Assembly: GCF_018350175.1 (NCBI RefSeq)
Contig: NC_058378.1
Span: forward strand, 60,698,001 to 60,762,000
Direction: 5' to 3'
Origin: Felis catus
Taxonomy: Eukaryota
Length of the DNA stretch: 64,000 bases
Shown here: positions 37,648 through 52,905 of the stretch, piece after piece
Layout of the letters: each line of letters begins with the position of its first letter
Position numbering within the stretch: position 1 is the stretch's first letter
The notes under the pieces: generated by a model
What the model saw: the letters and a program-made list of their open reading frames with translations, nothing else
Told to the model about the DNA's origin: nothing
Database searches by the model: none
Made by a program: the position numbers and the translations under genes

Positions 37648-37828
37648 CCAGTGTTTGTCAACCTAGAGATACCTGGAGCCAGATAGTTCTTTGTTATGGA
37701 TATTTATAACAGCATCCCTGGCCTCTCCTAGATGCCAGTAGCATCTCACTACCAGTTGTGACAACCAGATGTCTCCAGACATCACCAAATGTGTCCCACA
37801 GGCAAAATTGGCTTGATTGGGAACTACT
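37648..37828. mobile_element. MER20 DNA transposon remnant
   Basis: agcatccctggcctc...ctagatgccagtagca...ccagttgtgacaacc...tgtctccagacat. Confidence 0.75.
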
Positions 37829-38513
37829 TACTGCTCAAGGCCAATGGTTTTTGAAGGTCTATACAGTGGCTAAAGATTTAGGCTCTAGGGCTGTACTGCC
37901 TGGGTTCATATCCTAGGCTAATAAAGAGCAGAGCTTTGGGAAATTACATAATCTTTCTGTGGCTCTATTTCCCCACCTGCAAGGTGGATAATAAAAATAC
38001 CTACACACTTTGTAGGGTTGTTGGATCAAATAGTGTTACAAACACAGTTAGTGTTTGTAAAATGCCTGGCAATCCCTGCCACCCCCCCCCCCCCCCAAGT
38101 ATACAGGTTTCAAATGGAGAACTGATTAGTCAGAATATCTGAGTGTAGGCCCCAGGAACTATATTTTAATAAGTTCCTGAGCTTCTCATCCATGTGGAAG
38201 CTTTGAGAGCCTCTGACTTCAGGGATGTCAATAGCTGCTCCCCTCATTCGAGGTGGTCTCACTCATGGGTTTTTGTGTATGTGCAGGGCTGGGACCCTCA
38301 GTTCCTGGGTTTTTGGCATGAACACCATCTTCTCTGTATCCACTTGATAGGCCGGGACTTGGGCTGAGAGCTAGATGAGTCTTGCTGGTACGAGAGTGCC
38401 CTCTAGAGGACAGATGAGGCCCAATCACTGCCTCAGATTCAGGGCCTGCAGCTCCTCTCTTCCCACCCAGCACCAAGAGACAGAGGCCCAGCTGCCGGGT
38501 CTATTGGAACGAC

Positions 38514-38519
38514 TTTATT
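38514..38519 (-). terminator. ACTR1A: ACTR1A polyadenylation signal
   Basis: AATAAA on - strand at the end of a repeat-free ~1.7 kb 3'UTR. Confidence 0.7.
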
Positions 38520-40230
38520 TAAGTACACTGGGCCCCACCAGGCAACGTGGTTTGTGCAAGGGACAGGCTTGGGCTAAGAGAAGGGAGGTGAGCTGGTTAA
38601 GCACACTGCAGTCTGCGGGTCGCCACATCGCTTTCACACACACCTGCTGCTGTGGCCCATACCTGGCAGGGCCTTTGGTCGTTGGACGGCATGGGGGGAG
38701 TGCTGCCTGGAATCTGGGACTGGGGCGGGTCTCGGTGTCACAGGTGAGGGTGCCGGTGAAGATCTGCTAGCCCCAGCTTTGCACATCTGGGCTGAGGAGC
38801 CTTTTTGGACACTGCTAGGCCAGCCCAGTCCAGGGTAGGCACCGGGCCCCACTGGAGAGGAGATGAGCCTAGGCCCATTAGTTCCTGGCACTCTGGTCTG
38901 GCCCCCTCCCTCCTTAACTAGACAAGTCCAAAATTACGAATGGCACAAATCAGCCCAGTGGGGGGCCTTCTCTCCTCTACAGCCTACCCCCCTGGGTCAG
39001 CTAGAGTAGGAAAAGGCAACCTGGTTAATTGCAGCTCTTTCTCTAGTCCTAAGAGCGCTGGATCCCCAGTACCCCTCCTTTGCTAGGGGCCTCTGCCAAA
39101 GAGCAATTCTACCTCCTGTTTCAGAAAATCTAACCGGCAACCAGCCTGTTGATTCCAGGGCAGTGAGCAAAAGGAAGAGGAAAAAAGAGGCTGGCGGTAG
39201 TGACTTTGAATGTAGCCTCTGATCCTAAATAGGCCCGAGGCCTATGGATACTGTCGGTTCACCATTAGCAGGGAATGGCGGGGCCCTGGACGCTATGCTA
39301 AACTGAGGTGCTGTAAACATTAGTGTGAACAGGGTGACTGGTGGGCAGGAGGCGATGAGCTCCCTCTCCAGTCCCATACTGAACAAACACTTCAATAAAT
39401 AAAACTGAAGATGGCATTGCCCAAGGATGGATGAAAAGCAAGTTAACAGGGCCTGGGGCTGACAGGCTCCTGAAACTCTCCCGAGACCCCCCTGGACAGG
39501 GGCTGAGGGTTGGGGTGTTCGCTCTGCCACCAATCAGAAGTAGCACTACTCCTGCCTCTTTGAATGCCCAGCGTGGTACTTGTCCCCAGGTGAGGTTGGG
39601 GGGACCCTGCCGTCTCCTGACCCCAGAGTCTCAGTAACAGCTCCTGGAGTGCTTTTCCAGACTCCCGAACCCAAATTGCAACAAAACCAGACAGAACTCA
39701 ACCCTGGCCCCAGTCCTCAGTCCATGATTGATTGGCATCAAGAGCAGAAGGCCCAGCAAGGGAGGCAGCGGCTGCCTTGGGCCTCAGGGCACCCTGGGGG
39801 TGGGACGGGGTGGGGCTAGCCCAGCCTGGGATGGGCAGCAGCAAGGTCTCCCGGGATTTACCTTCTCTGTCTCCCTATGGTAGTAAACATAGTCCCACAC
39901 AGCCAGCCAAAGGCCCAGCTGACGAAGTGGCCCTCTGCCAGCACTCTTCCCTGTTGGGGGCCAGTTAGTGGTCAACCCCAGGCCTCAGGCCATCACCATC
40001 ATGGGTAGTTCATCGTCCTTTCTGGGCCCTGGGATCCCTGGGCCACACGGCACTCGCATATGCGNNNNNNNNNNNNNNNNNNNNNNNNNNNNNNNNNNNN
40101 NNNNNNNNNNNNNNNNNNNNNNNNNNNNNNNNNNNNNNNNNNNNNNNNNNNNNNNNNNNNNNNNNNNNNNNNNNNNNNNNNNNNNNNNNNNNNNNNNNNN
40201 NNNNNNNNNNNNNNNNNNNNNNNNNNNNNN

Positions 40231-40298
40231 CTTCTTCATATTCCTTCTTGGAGACCCACATCTTCTTAAAGGTGTCCAGGGAGGCAAGGATGGAGCCC
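40231..40298 (-). CDS. ACTR1A: ACTR1A exon 11 (visible part; stop codon in gap 40065-40230)
   Basis: CTTCAG|G; [22 protein letters not shown], actin-family C-terminus. Confidence 0.92.
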
Positions 40299-40471
40299 CT
40301 GAAGTGGAGGGTATCCCAAGGAATGTTGTGAGAGGGAGGAAGTGTTCGTGGAGCCAGCCAGTCCCCGTGGGGCCAAAGCAGATGAGGCTCTGCTTTCAAG
40401 GGATGGGGTGGTGAGGGGTAATGATGCCCTCACTTCCTGTCACACTCTTATTCCCTAGGAGAACTACTCAC

Positions 40472-40512
40472 CCAATCCATGTGGAATACAGTCTCTCTTG
40501 AGGTGCAGATAT
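40472..40512 (-). CDS. ACTR1A: ACTR1A exon 10
   Basis: TTTTCAG|ATA; ISAPQERLYSTWI; GG|GTGAGT. Confidence 0.95.
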
Positions 40513-41123
40513 CTGAAAAGGTGGGTGGAAAGAGGAATCTGAGACTTTCAACCTCCTTGTCCTTTTTCTGCCCAACGCTCATCCTTACGGCCCATTCCAC
40601 TGCCCATGGCAGTGGATGTGTTGTCTCACACAACAGGCTTTCACTTATGTCCCTGCTGGACCCAGTGGGCTCTCTGGGGGGTATTGTGGCCAACCTGACA
40701 CTCATCTGGAGAAGCAGATTTCCAGCAGCGCTAAGTATCTACAGCTCCCAGGAAAGCTGGTGCTAACCGGGGCCAAGATCCAGCTTTGCTGGGGGCTGAT
40801 GGGAAGCAGACTCCATGGTAGGAACTACACTCCAACATTTCGCTCCCCCCAACAGGCACCAAGATGTCAGACTGTGTCACGAGAACAGCAAGAGTCAGTC
40901 TGCCAATGCTACAGTTTCTCTGACAGACCACACGTGGGCCCTTAGCCTAACACCCTGCCACAACAGGGTCTCAGAACTGCCCCCTTTTGTGGGGAAGGAG
41001 AGGGAAAATGGGTTCTTCCCGCTGGCAGACCTCAAGGTCAGTGTGGAATCTGGGAACTGTGTAGCCTTGGAGGGGAGCCCCGGTTCCCCGCAGCCCCAGC
41101 GCCAGCCCCCACCATGCTCCTAC

Positions 41124-41185
41124 CCTGATCTTCACATCTTTCGGAGCCAGTTTCTTCACTTCACTCAGTAGCCTGTCACCAAAAC
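41124..41185 (-). CDS. ACTR1A: ACTR1A exon 9
   Basis: TTCAG|GT; FGDRLLSEVKKLAPKDVKIR; AGG|GTAGG. Confidence 0.95.
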
Positions 41186-41212
41186 CTGAATGGGCAAGAC
41201 AGGAGAATCTCA

Positions 41213-41542
<330 letters not shown>

Positions 41543-41820
41543 CTATACTGTGCCCAAGTGATTATGGAGAACACGAACCACCCTCTTCCGAACCCCTTCC
41601 TGACCTAGGCAAATGCCCCTGATGCTTCCTCTCCTCTACACGGGAGAAGCAAAGTTCCTGACGCCTCGCTCTGCGGGAGACAGTGCTGCTCCAGAGCTCC
41701 GGTGCTCCAGGCAGAGGGTGTAAAAGGGCTGGTGCGTCTGACTCCAGCCTCCCCCTGGGGAGTTATTTGGGCTCAGAGCTTCTGAGAGCCTGGGACAACT
41801 GAAGGGAGATCCACGCCTAC

Positions 41821-41913
41821 CTCAATGGTGCTGCCGTCGGGCAGGTAGTACTGAGCCTTCTCCGTCTCTAGTGTCTCATCCTTCTGCGGGTTTATGGACA
41901 GGTAGCAGGCTCT
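41821..41913 (-). CDS. ACTR1A: ACTR1A exon 7
   Basis: CTGCAG|AGA; [31 protein letters not shown]; GAG|GTAGG. Confidence 0.95.
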
Positions 41914-42582
41914 CTGCAGAACCAAGCAGGAGTCAGGCAGGCATGAAACTTAGGCCCACCTGGTCAAAGCCCCAGGGCTGCCGGATGCCCTCCTGCAGAT
42001 ATCAGCCTCTCCACAGTGATTGCCCTAAAGGTCCACAGAGCTGCTGTTCTGGAGCCAGGGCAGGGTGGCCTGTCGGCCTACACTGGGTGGCACTTCGGAC
42101 AGGAGTTCCTACCTGCTCCACCTTCCTTGTGGGCAGGCGTGGAAACTGGCTCTCTGGAGCCGGGTCTGAGACCACAACCCAATTTTAATCTAGACTTAGG
42201 CTTCTTCTTCCTTCTACTACTCATGGTTCTGGGGCCTGTCTACCCAGCTCAGAGGTTTCCCTAGAGCCGTGGGTGGCAGAAGGATCTGGTTTACTTAAAA
42301 AGAAAACTGTATTGTGACTTCTTCAAAGATGTAAAAGAACATACCTGATTTGGACATAAGGTATAAAAACAATGAACATTGGTACACCCATCACCAGCTT
42401 AAGAAAGAGCAGCACCTCCCTTTTTCCCACAAGATGGCAGCACTTGGGGACAGTGACCGTCAGTGTGAGGGGGGCCTAGCTGGGATCACAGGGTAGCCAG
42501 GAGGCCTGGCTGGGGAGAACAGAGCCTGACTAGGGACCCCCCCCCCCCCCCCCCCGCAAGACAGGGGCTTGGCCTCTTTTCA

Positions 42583-42948
<366 letters not shown>

Positions 42949-43720
42949 TCAAAGTCAGCTAGGCTAAGCTGCAGCCTGCCTTTCTCTAGGGGCCTTAGAC
43001 TGGCCACAGTACTAAGTCCAAGCATAAGCAAGCCTGAAAAACCTGAATGAAAGGAGCCCAGCCTCTCCCAGCCCCTCCCCTCTCCCGGAAGAAGAGGCCT
43101 TCCAATCTCAGGAGACAGCCTAGCCTTCAACTGCTTCAGGGCCCAGCCCAGGGGCAGTTTTTACTTCCCAGACAAGAAGAAAACACTCAAATGCCTACAG
43201 GGGCCAGGTAGGAAAGGAAAATAAGAATATTTTCACTTCCACAAAACACTTGCTTTTTTCCCACATGGCCTCCTAGGTCCGTTTTTTTGTAGGTCCACTA
43301 CCTCCCAGGTAGTTTTTTTTGTTTTTTGTTTTTCCTCTTTTGGTAAAGACAAGGGTACAGACATATATTTCTGTGATCCAAAGGGAAAAAACCCGTGATG
43401 TTTGATAAGTAGAAACTGATGCTGCCTCGTGCTGGGAGGACAGCAGGGAATAGAGCAGGCTGCGGCGAAGTCAAACTTGCAAACTACCTAACATGGCAGT
43501 GGCTATTTCAGCTCTAGCTGACTTTTGTCCTATAGGAATACATGCCCAGTATTGCCAGATCTTTCCAGAAATTAGTATTTTGATAGGAAATCCACTCCTC
43601 CTCCTTTTTTTAAAGTAGGCTGCATGCCCAATGTAGGGCTTAAACTCATGACTCTGAGATCAAGAGTTTCATGTTCTACTGACTGAGCCCTGGAAATCTC
43701 CCAATTTTAAAATGCTGGCT

Positions 43721-43927
43721 TGGGCGCCTGGGTGGCTCAATTAGTGAAGCGTCTGACTCTTGATTTCGGCTCAGGTCATGATCTCATGGTTCGTGAAATC
43801 AAGCCCTCCTGTGGGCTCTACGCTGGGCGTGGAACCTGCTTGGGATTCTCTCTTCCCCACTCTCTTTCTACCCTTCCCTCGCTCGCATGCATGCACTCTC
43901 TCTCTCAAAATAAATAAGTAAACTTAA
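43721..43927 (+). mobile_element. Older CAN-SINE
   Basis: Outer TSD aaaatgctggct at 43709-43720 and 44169-44180. Confidence 0.85.
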
Positions 43928-44155
43928 GGGGCGCCTGGGTGGCACAGTCGGTTAAGCGTCCGACTTCAGCCAGGTCATGATCTCGCGGTCCGTGAGTTCG
44001 AGCCCCACGTAGGGCTCTGGGCTGATGGCTCAGAGCCTGGAGCCTGCTTCCGATTCTGTGTCTCCCTCTCTCTCTGCCCCTCCCCCGTTCATGCTCTGTC
44101 TCTCTCTGTCCGAAAAAATAAATAAAAAACGTTGAAAAAAAAATTAAAAAAAAAT
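43928..44155 (+). mobile_element. Young SINEC_Fc inserted in the tail of the previous SINE
   Basis: TSD aataagtaaacttaa at 43913-43927 and 44156-44170. Confidence 0.92.
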
Positions 44156-44576
44156 AATAAGTAAACTTAAAATGCTGGCTCACTAGGGTCAAACACATCC
44201 TATCTGCAGCTCCCCAGTGTATAATCTTGGCCCTAGATCTAACCCTAGTGTGAGGCAGGCTGGGCGCAGGACAGGCATGACAGGCGTATGAAGACGGAGA
44301 CCATGGTGGTGTTTTCAACACGACTCTGTCACCAGCCTGGCACAGCGTCTGGCATGAACAGGCACTGGATAAACATCTCAATAAGTTACAGGGGCCTTTA
44401 GGAAGAGCTGTAGCAGCGTGTGGCCTTCCCAGCAGGCACAGCAGAGGGCCTTGGGCACCAAACCACTGAGAGAATAAGAGAAGCGAGACTGGGAGAAGAT
44501 CTCCATACCCCCTTTCCTACCCAGAGGAGAGGCAGCCTCCATTCTGCCCGCAAGGGGCCAGGCTGCTTGCTACTCA

Positions 44577-44753
<177 letters not shown>

Positions 44754-45544
44754 TCATTAGCACCTGGGCAGGAGGCCCCTGTGTGGTATGCTAGAGAACC
44801 GAGGGGAACTTTGTGAGCCTCCCTCCAAAAACAGGCAAGCTGGACCTGCCATCTACCCCAGCGTGAGCCAGTTTGTCAGCCTTCCAAATTCACGCTCGCT
44901 CTGAAGTCTCATTCCGTCCTTGCCTCTGCCTCCTTCCTCCCCTCCCTATCCTCCAAGTTTCTTACGTAGGCCTCTGTATTTACTGTAAATCTCCAATTGT
45001 CCAGAAGATTTTGCTAAACTCTAAATTTGGAATTACTATGATACAAAAAATAGTATACATTTTTTTTCTAAATAGAAAATTACATTTAAATATTGAATAT
45101 ATTTTTGAAAGACGTTGTATCTCCTTCCCCTGGAAATTCTGATGTCTAGGACACACCTTCCTTTGTTTTCCTGAGCTGAGAGTTTCTTCCTTAGAAGTTA
45201 GAGTATAAGCTCTGGAGTCTGAAAGACATGGGTTTGAATCCTAGCTCTACCACTTTATTCCCTAGGTGATCTTGGAAAGACTACTTGGCTTCTCTGAACG
45301 TTTTTTCTGTTCCCTTGTTTGTAAAACGGAGATAATACTACCTGTATTTCATAGGACTGGTGTCCTATTCAAGATTGAATGCAAACATGTCTGAAGAGCA
45401 CATGGCCTGGTGCCACGGTTAAGACTCAAACCCTCCTGGCAGTTATCCTCCCTTCCTCCTTCTCCTCCCCTTCCTCCTCCTCCTCCTCCTCTTTGGGGTA
45501 GTGGCTCTGCCCAGCTCTCACACTGTGCATGGGTGCCGTGCTCA

Positions 45545-45898
<354 letters not shown>

Positions 45899-46335
45899 TT
45901 ATGGCAAGTGACAGGAGGCACCCTTCTCATTGCCTGATCCCAGGACACAATCTCCTGGCTCCCACCTCTGGGCATCAGCACTTGCAGCCCAGGCTGGCAA
46001 CAATGATTCTGTTGTTCTGTATCCAGAGGCTGCCCCAGGGCTCTGCCAAACTATGCTAATTAACTCATCCCCAGGGTATCCCAGCTAGGATATCCCCCTG
46101 AATCCCTTTCGCCAAAAAAAGAACCAAGCTAGCTAATCTCATCATTGGCAAGGTAGTGACAGAATACAGAAGGAAAGCAAAAGCCCTATTTTCTAGACTG
46201 GTTTCTATTTCCCAAAGTGGGTTTCCAGATATTTCCTCTCCAAAACCAGAGGCTGCTCCTGAGAGAAATGAACCAATCAGACCTAGGATGAGAGGACCAA
46301 AGGGGGATTTAAGAGGAAATTGCTCCTTTTACTCA

Positions 46336-46524
<189 letters not shown>

Positions 46525-46975
46525 TCACTTTTCCTTTCATGACATAACACAGGAAGGATGTGCAGATGTGTATGCTTAGACAGGAAGAGCTGGACTCAGT
46601 TCTACTGTGTTTCTCTCTGAGGAGTGAGGTTACAGTTGATTTTGATTTTCTTCTTTCTACTTTTCTGCATTTCCTGCAATTTCTACAATGAACATGTATG
46701 AAGTTTTTTGTATATTATTTCAAATTTCTGACCCAAATGAGAGATCCCTTCTCTCCAAAAGGTAGAGGGCTGACCCCATAACAAAGCTGACAAGCCTCCC
46801 AAGCTACTGCTGCTTTTTTTTTTTTTAAGGATTTTATTTATTTTTTAAGTAATTTCCATACCAATGTGGGCCTCGAACCCACAACCCTGAGATAAATGGT
46901 TGCGTGCTCCACCAACGGAGCCGGCCGGGCAACACATACCTCTCAAGCTTCTGACTAATGTATACAATTACTTAC

Positions 46976-47318
<343 letters not shown>

Positions 47319-47550
47319 TGGTTCCATTTTTATTTAACAGAGACGACCTTCTATCTGCGTATAGTATATCCATCTGTATGAGCATTTATAGAGGGAACAC
47401 GTGTCACCAGGAGGGGGGACTAGGGACGGGGAGGAGAGCTTTCACTGCACACTCAAAGTATTATTTGATTTTTTTTTTTTTTTTTTTTTTTTGTATTCTT
47501 TGACTTTTCTACATTGAACATGCTTTACTTCTGGAATTGAAAATAATATT

Positions 47551-47735
47551 GGGGCCCCTGGGTGGCTCAGTCCAACTTCGGCTCAGGTCGTGATCTTGCT
47601 GTTCATGAGTTCAAGCCCCACATCAGGTGCTCTACTGTCAGTGCGGAGCCTGCTTCAGAGCCTCTGTCCTCCTCTCTCTCTGCCCCTCCCCCATGTGCAT
47701 GCTCACTCTCTCTCAAAAATAAACATAAAAAAATA
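47551..47735 (+). mobile_element. CAN-SINE
   Basis: Head ggggcccctgggtggctcag, CT tract, A tail. Confidence 0.8.
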
Positions 47736-49309
47736 CTATTAACACAGGGAAGAAAAAGAGAAAACCTGAGGAGAGAAGAGAAAAGTACCTAGAAGCACCA
47801 GAGCAGCCAAGTTCAGGAACATAACCAAGGTGGGAAGAACGCGTGATTTGTTAAACCACCATGACGCTGTTAACCTACTTTCCCAGCTCAAGCCTGAACT
47901 CTCCCTGCCCTTCAGGGTCTCTATGACAGACACCACCATGGAACACTGCCATGCTTGAAGCTGACTCCAATGGAGCACATGCTGTCTGGTTCTTACTGCA
48001 GGGGCAAACCTCTATGCTTTATTGGAGGATTGTGGTTGCTTTTCGTTTTTTGTTTTTATTATGCTCTGTTTTACTCACTGGTCTTCTGATTGTAAAGAGC
48101 AGGGAAGTTCTAAAGCATCAGCTACAAAGAGACCCCACATTACAACCCTGCTGCTCCAATACTTGGTAAGTCGGGTGGGGAAGAGAGTGACTTCCCCACC
48201 ACCATCTCTGGTACCTCCTGGGGCCCAACCAAAGTAAACAGGGACTGTAGATACAGATACCAACTCTGTGCAGGACAGATGTCGAGGTTTGCTACTGCTT
48301 GCAAATATAGCCTGTCTTCTTCCTTCTTAACTCTTGCACCACTACACCCAATATGCTCACCCTTCTACCCCAACACGGTTTGCAGCTGCACATGTAATAG
48401 GGGCAAGCCTTTTCCTGCTGCCTGTTAACTACTTCTCCTGGGGCAGAGAGCGGTATTTCCAAACCCACGCGGCAAGCAGTAAACACATCAGGAGATGCTA
48501 AATAGCCAAGGTTATCTTTGCACCAAAGGCTTTCCTGCAATATCCCTGGTTCCCTCTCTGTCTCTTATTCCTGCTCTTCTATAGGAGAAGTGGGGGCGGA
48601 GCGGGGGGGGCGGGTAGATAGGCCATTCTGGTGCCTGACTCTGGCAAAACAGAGAGGATGAGGTGGCTGAAGGATAGGGAATGCCAGTTCTCTAAGACAG
48701 CAGGAACCTCTGCCAACAGAAAAAACAGGAGACAATGTGCAAACTCATCGGCCTGGGCAGGACAGCAAGGAGCCTGGAAAAGGTGCAGCTGTAAACTGAG
48801 CTGAGAGACTGGGAAGGAGGGAGAACCATCGTACCGCAGCCTGCGGGCTCTGGGACGGTGGCATGGGTAGTGCGCACAGCACTGTACAGAACTCCGGGCA
48901 CTTGTTGGCTCACGCTTCCAGTAATTGTTCACTGCCTTCACCTGGGTGTGGTGATGCCAACAGACTAATTGGACCTCCTGGCAGAGGTTGAAAACAAGAA
49001 AGGTAAAGATGAGACCTACATTTCAGACTCTAGATATTTTGAAGAGACGATTTTCCTGGATATTTCATTGTGAGTTTAATAGCAAAATCAGACTAGAGTC
49101 TGAGTAAATTAAGGCAAATGAAGATATTAGGTTCGTTTCTTCCTCTCTGGCCCTCCTAGCAAGAGAGTATAAAGACCCAGTTCAAATATCATCGCCTTCC
49201 TCATGAAGAATAATCCCGTTGGAATTAACTATCCTCTTCCTATTATTTCACAGAATCACCATTACCTGTACCACAATACCACAAGGTAGTCTGCATTTCC
49301 TTCTGCTGT

Positions 49310-49805
49310 ATTTATTTATTTATTTATTTATTTCATTTTTAAATTTTTTTTTTCAACGTTTATTTATTTTTGGGACAGAGAGAGACAGAGCATGAACGGG
49401 GGAGGGGCAGAGAGAGAGGGAGACACAGAATCGGAAACAGGCTCCAGGCTCCGAGCCATCAGCCCAGAGCGGGACGCGGGGCTCGAACTCACGGACCGCG
49501 AGATCGTGACCTGGCTGAAGTCGGACGCTTAACCGACTGCGCCACCCAGGCGCCCCTGTATTTATTTTTTTTAATGTTTATTTTTATTTAAGGTTTATTT
49601 TGAGAGAGAGCACGCGTGTTGGAGTGCACTGGGGCAGGGAGGGGGAGGCGGAGGGACAGCGAGAGAGGGAGAGAGAGTCCCAGGTAGGCTCTGGGCTGTC
49701 AGGGCAGAGCCAGATGTCGGGCTTGATCTCACGAATGCATGAGATCATGACCTGAGCCAAAATCGAGAGTTAGACACTTAGCCGACTAAGTCACCCAGGC
49801 GCCCC
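49310..49805 (-). mobile_element. SINE dimer: young SINEC_Fc (about 49340-49556) in the tail of an older CAN-SINE (49557-49805)
   Basis: Two SINE bodies; tgtatttattt repeated around the young copy; ttccttctgc on the outer flanks. Confidence 0.88.
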
Positions 49806-52227
49806 TTCCTTCTGCCTTCTATTTGAATTTATGGTTTCCGTTTTTGCCTGTTTTCAGCCCAAGGTCCTCAAGCTCAGAGACTTTCTATAACAGCAGTATC
49901 TGGCATTTGATACTCAAATAGATGCTGGCTGCCTAAAATTAAATCCAAGCTCAAACGATTGGCAGATGAAGCCTAAAATATGGAACCTGAACCAGCAGCT
50001 GGAATGCCAGAAGCCCCAGGCAGAGGTGGTGCTGGATAGGTGGAGGCAGCATTGGGAATGATGCACAAGGTGGAGCCAGACCCGGCTTGTCCCTGCAGTC
50101 CCAAGAGCTGGCCTGCTAGGCCAGCAGCTGGGGAAAGAATGAGTGGGACGGAGGAGGAGGCTGAGCTGCTTCTATTCTGCTCAAACCAAAGATTATAAAA
50201 AAGGCCCTGTCAATTTCTTTAATAGTATTTGTTAACTAAGAACTATGCACCTGGCAAATGAGCTGCCACTTTCTCTGTTATTCACTCTGGCAAAGCCAAG
50301 TAAACAAACGCCTTGCAGAGGCTTCTTGAAAAAGCAGTTCCATAATAGATATTTGATTTTTGAGGATTCAAGTCTGCGGCCAGTCACCAATGACCATTCT
50401 CTTTCTGAAGCAGGTAAACAGACAGCAAATCCCTCAGCAAGGCTCTCCCAGTTATCTGCTAACTATGGGCCTGGGGCTTGGGCAACCTTTAGCCTAAGCG
50501 CTCCTGATTATTCTTGACATGCTGGCAAAGAGGCTCGTTCTCTCCATCTTACAAGTGGGAAAAGGATGCTGAGAGGTGGAGCCTCAGATTCTAGGGCACT
50601 AGTGGCTCATTTTGGCATAAAGATATATTTTGGCCCACAAAGTACTTTTTGGAAAACAATTTCATTGAAATAAAATTCGCTACCGTATTAATTTACCCAC
50701 TTAAGGTATATAACTCAATGGTTCGTGGTATATTCACAGAGTAGTATAATCATCACCACAATCTTATTTTGGAACTTGCTCATCATCCCAGAGCCTGTAC
50801 CCATTAGCAGTCACTCTCTCCATCCTACCTGCCCTCTCCTGCCAACCAGTCCTAGGCAACCACTAAACTACTTTCCGTCTCTGCAGACCACGAATTACTT
50901 TTACGTTAACTTCCAACAGTTAAAAATTAGAGGCTGCATATAAAATTTGGTGTTTCTGATTTCTCTTGAGACATCAGAAAATCCGGCAACACTGGGCCTG
51001 CATTCCTGGATGGGGACCACTGGCTGGAAATGAAAAGCAGCTGGCCCTTTGGTTAGACATGCTCAAAGCACCTTTCAGATTCCTCAAGACTTCTTTAAAG
51101 GTACTGTCTTCCTCCCCCTTTTTGTGTGCCTGCTTGGCCTCTGCAAGCACTGAGATTGAAACTCCTATTCAAGGCATTGCCAGCAACTAATTCATGATAT
51201 TTTCCCCCTCCACATGATACCTGGTTTCTTTTTTACCCTCAGAGTGTTTAGGTTGGTGTGAAGCACATCCTTGGCTCTCAAAATACACATAATTGAACAG
51301 TGAGCTATCTTTATAAGTCACCTCTTCTCAGCCTTTCCAACAAACGGGATGGATTCTTGCTGTTGCTTGTTGTACAACCAATGGGGTCAATATCACATTG
51401 CAAGTGACAGTGTAAAATAAATATAGTGACTTCATTTCCTCAGCTAATTCTAGTGTTTCTTAAACTTAAGTGAATCAGTACGTCTCAAGAGCTGATGACA
51501 AATTGTAAAAAGATAATAATAATAAAATTGAGTCCATCAGTAAAATTTGAACATTGACAAAATATTTGATGTTATTAAGGAATTATGAATTGTATTAGGT
51601 TTGATAGTAGTATACTGATTATGTCTTTAGAAGAGTATGGGAGAGGGCACCTGGCTGGCTCAGTTGGTAGAGCACGTGACTTTTGATCTCAGGGTTGTGA
51701 GTTCAAGCCCCACAATGCGCATAGAGCTTACTTAAAAAAATAAATTAAGAAAAAGTAAAAAAAAAAAAAAAAAAGTATGGGAAAGGGAAGTAGGTGGGAA
51801 TAAGTTAAAAAAGATTAGCCACAAGTTGATAACTGTTACAGCTAGGTGAATATGTGGATATTTGTTATATTCTTCCTCTCCTTTTGTTTATGTTTCACAT
51901 TTTCTATAATAAAAAGAAGAAAGCTGAAAAATAAGTCCTCAAAATGTGGCCTGGGAGCTGCCTTCCTTTTGTATTACTATCCATTACATACCTTTGGGAA
52001 GAATGACTTGTGTTTAGTTTTTAAAAACACCTATCAGTTTATCGTTGTCATTAAAGTACATGTATGTACACCTCCCCTTCCATTTTCCTCATTAAATTCT
52101 GATGAATTGGTTTGGTGCCAGAATAGGTAGAAAGGAGTGGTCAGCAATCATTTTAAGACTGAGAAAGGCTGTGAAATGATAATGAGCCTCTTCTCTCTTT
52201 CTCCTGTTCTTTGCTCTCCTTTCTTTT

Positions 52228-52462
52228 CTTTTCTTTTTTTTTTTTTTTAATTTTTTTTTCAACGTTTATTTATTTTTGGGACAGAGAGAGACAGAGCATG
52301 AACGGGGGAGGGGCAGAGAGAGAGGGAGACACAGAATCGTAAACAGGCTCCAGGCTCTGAGCCATCAGCCCAGAGCCCGATGCGGGGCTCGAACTCGCGG
52401 ACCGCGAGATCGTGACCTGGCTAAAGTCGGACGCTTAACCGACTGTGCCACCCAGGCGCCCC
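52228..52462 (-). mobile_element. Young SINEC_Fc
   Basis: Perfect TSD tgctctcctttctttt at 52212-52227 and 52463-52478. Confidence 0.93.
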
Positions 52463-52668
52463 TGCTCTCCTTTCTTTTAATTATACTCTCTGTAGCCCAG
52501 AAATAAAATTGTAGCAATGTATTAAGCTATGGAGCAGTTAAATCTGCTAGATACACACCATTCTCAAATTATTTTTCCTATCCTTATTTCACTTTGAAAC
52601 AAAATAAAGCTCTCTAAATGTCAAACAGCAAGAACTATCTGAGGCCCCAGATCTAAAAATGTGGGAGA

Positions 52669-52868
52669 GGGGCACCTGGATGGCTCAGTTGGTTGAGCAA
52701 CCGACTTCAGCTCAGGTCACAATCTCACGGTTTGTGGGTTCAAGCCCTGTGTGAGGCTCTGTGCTGACAGCTTGAAGCCTAGAGCCTGCTTCTGATTCTG
52801 TGTCTCCCTCTCTCTCCCTGCACCTCCCCAATTCGTACTCTGTCTCTCTCTCTCAAAAATAAACATCA

Positions 52869-52904
<36 letters not shown>
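52669..52904 (+). mobile_element. CAN-SINE with (AAT)12 microsatellite tail (52869-52904)
   Basis: SINE body; repeat read directly. Confidence 0.88.
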
Positions 52905-52905
<1 letters not shown>

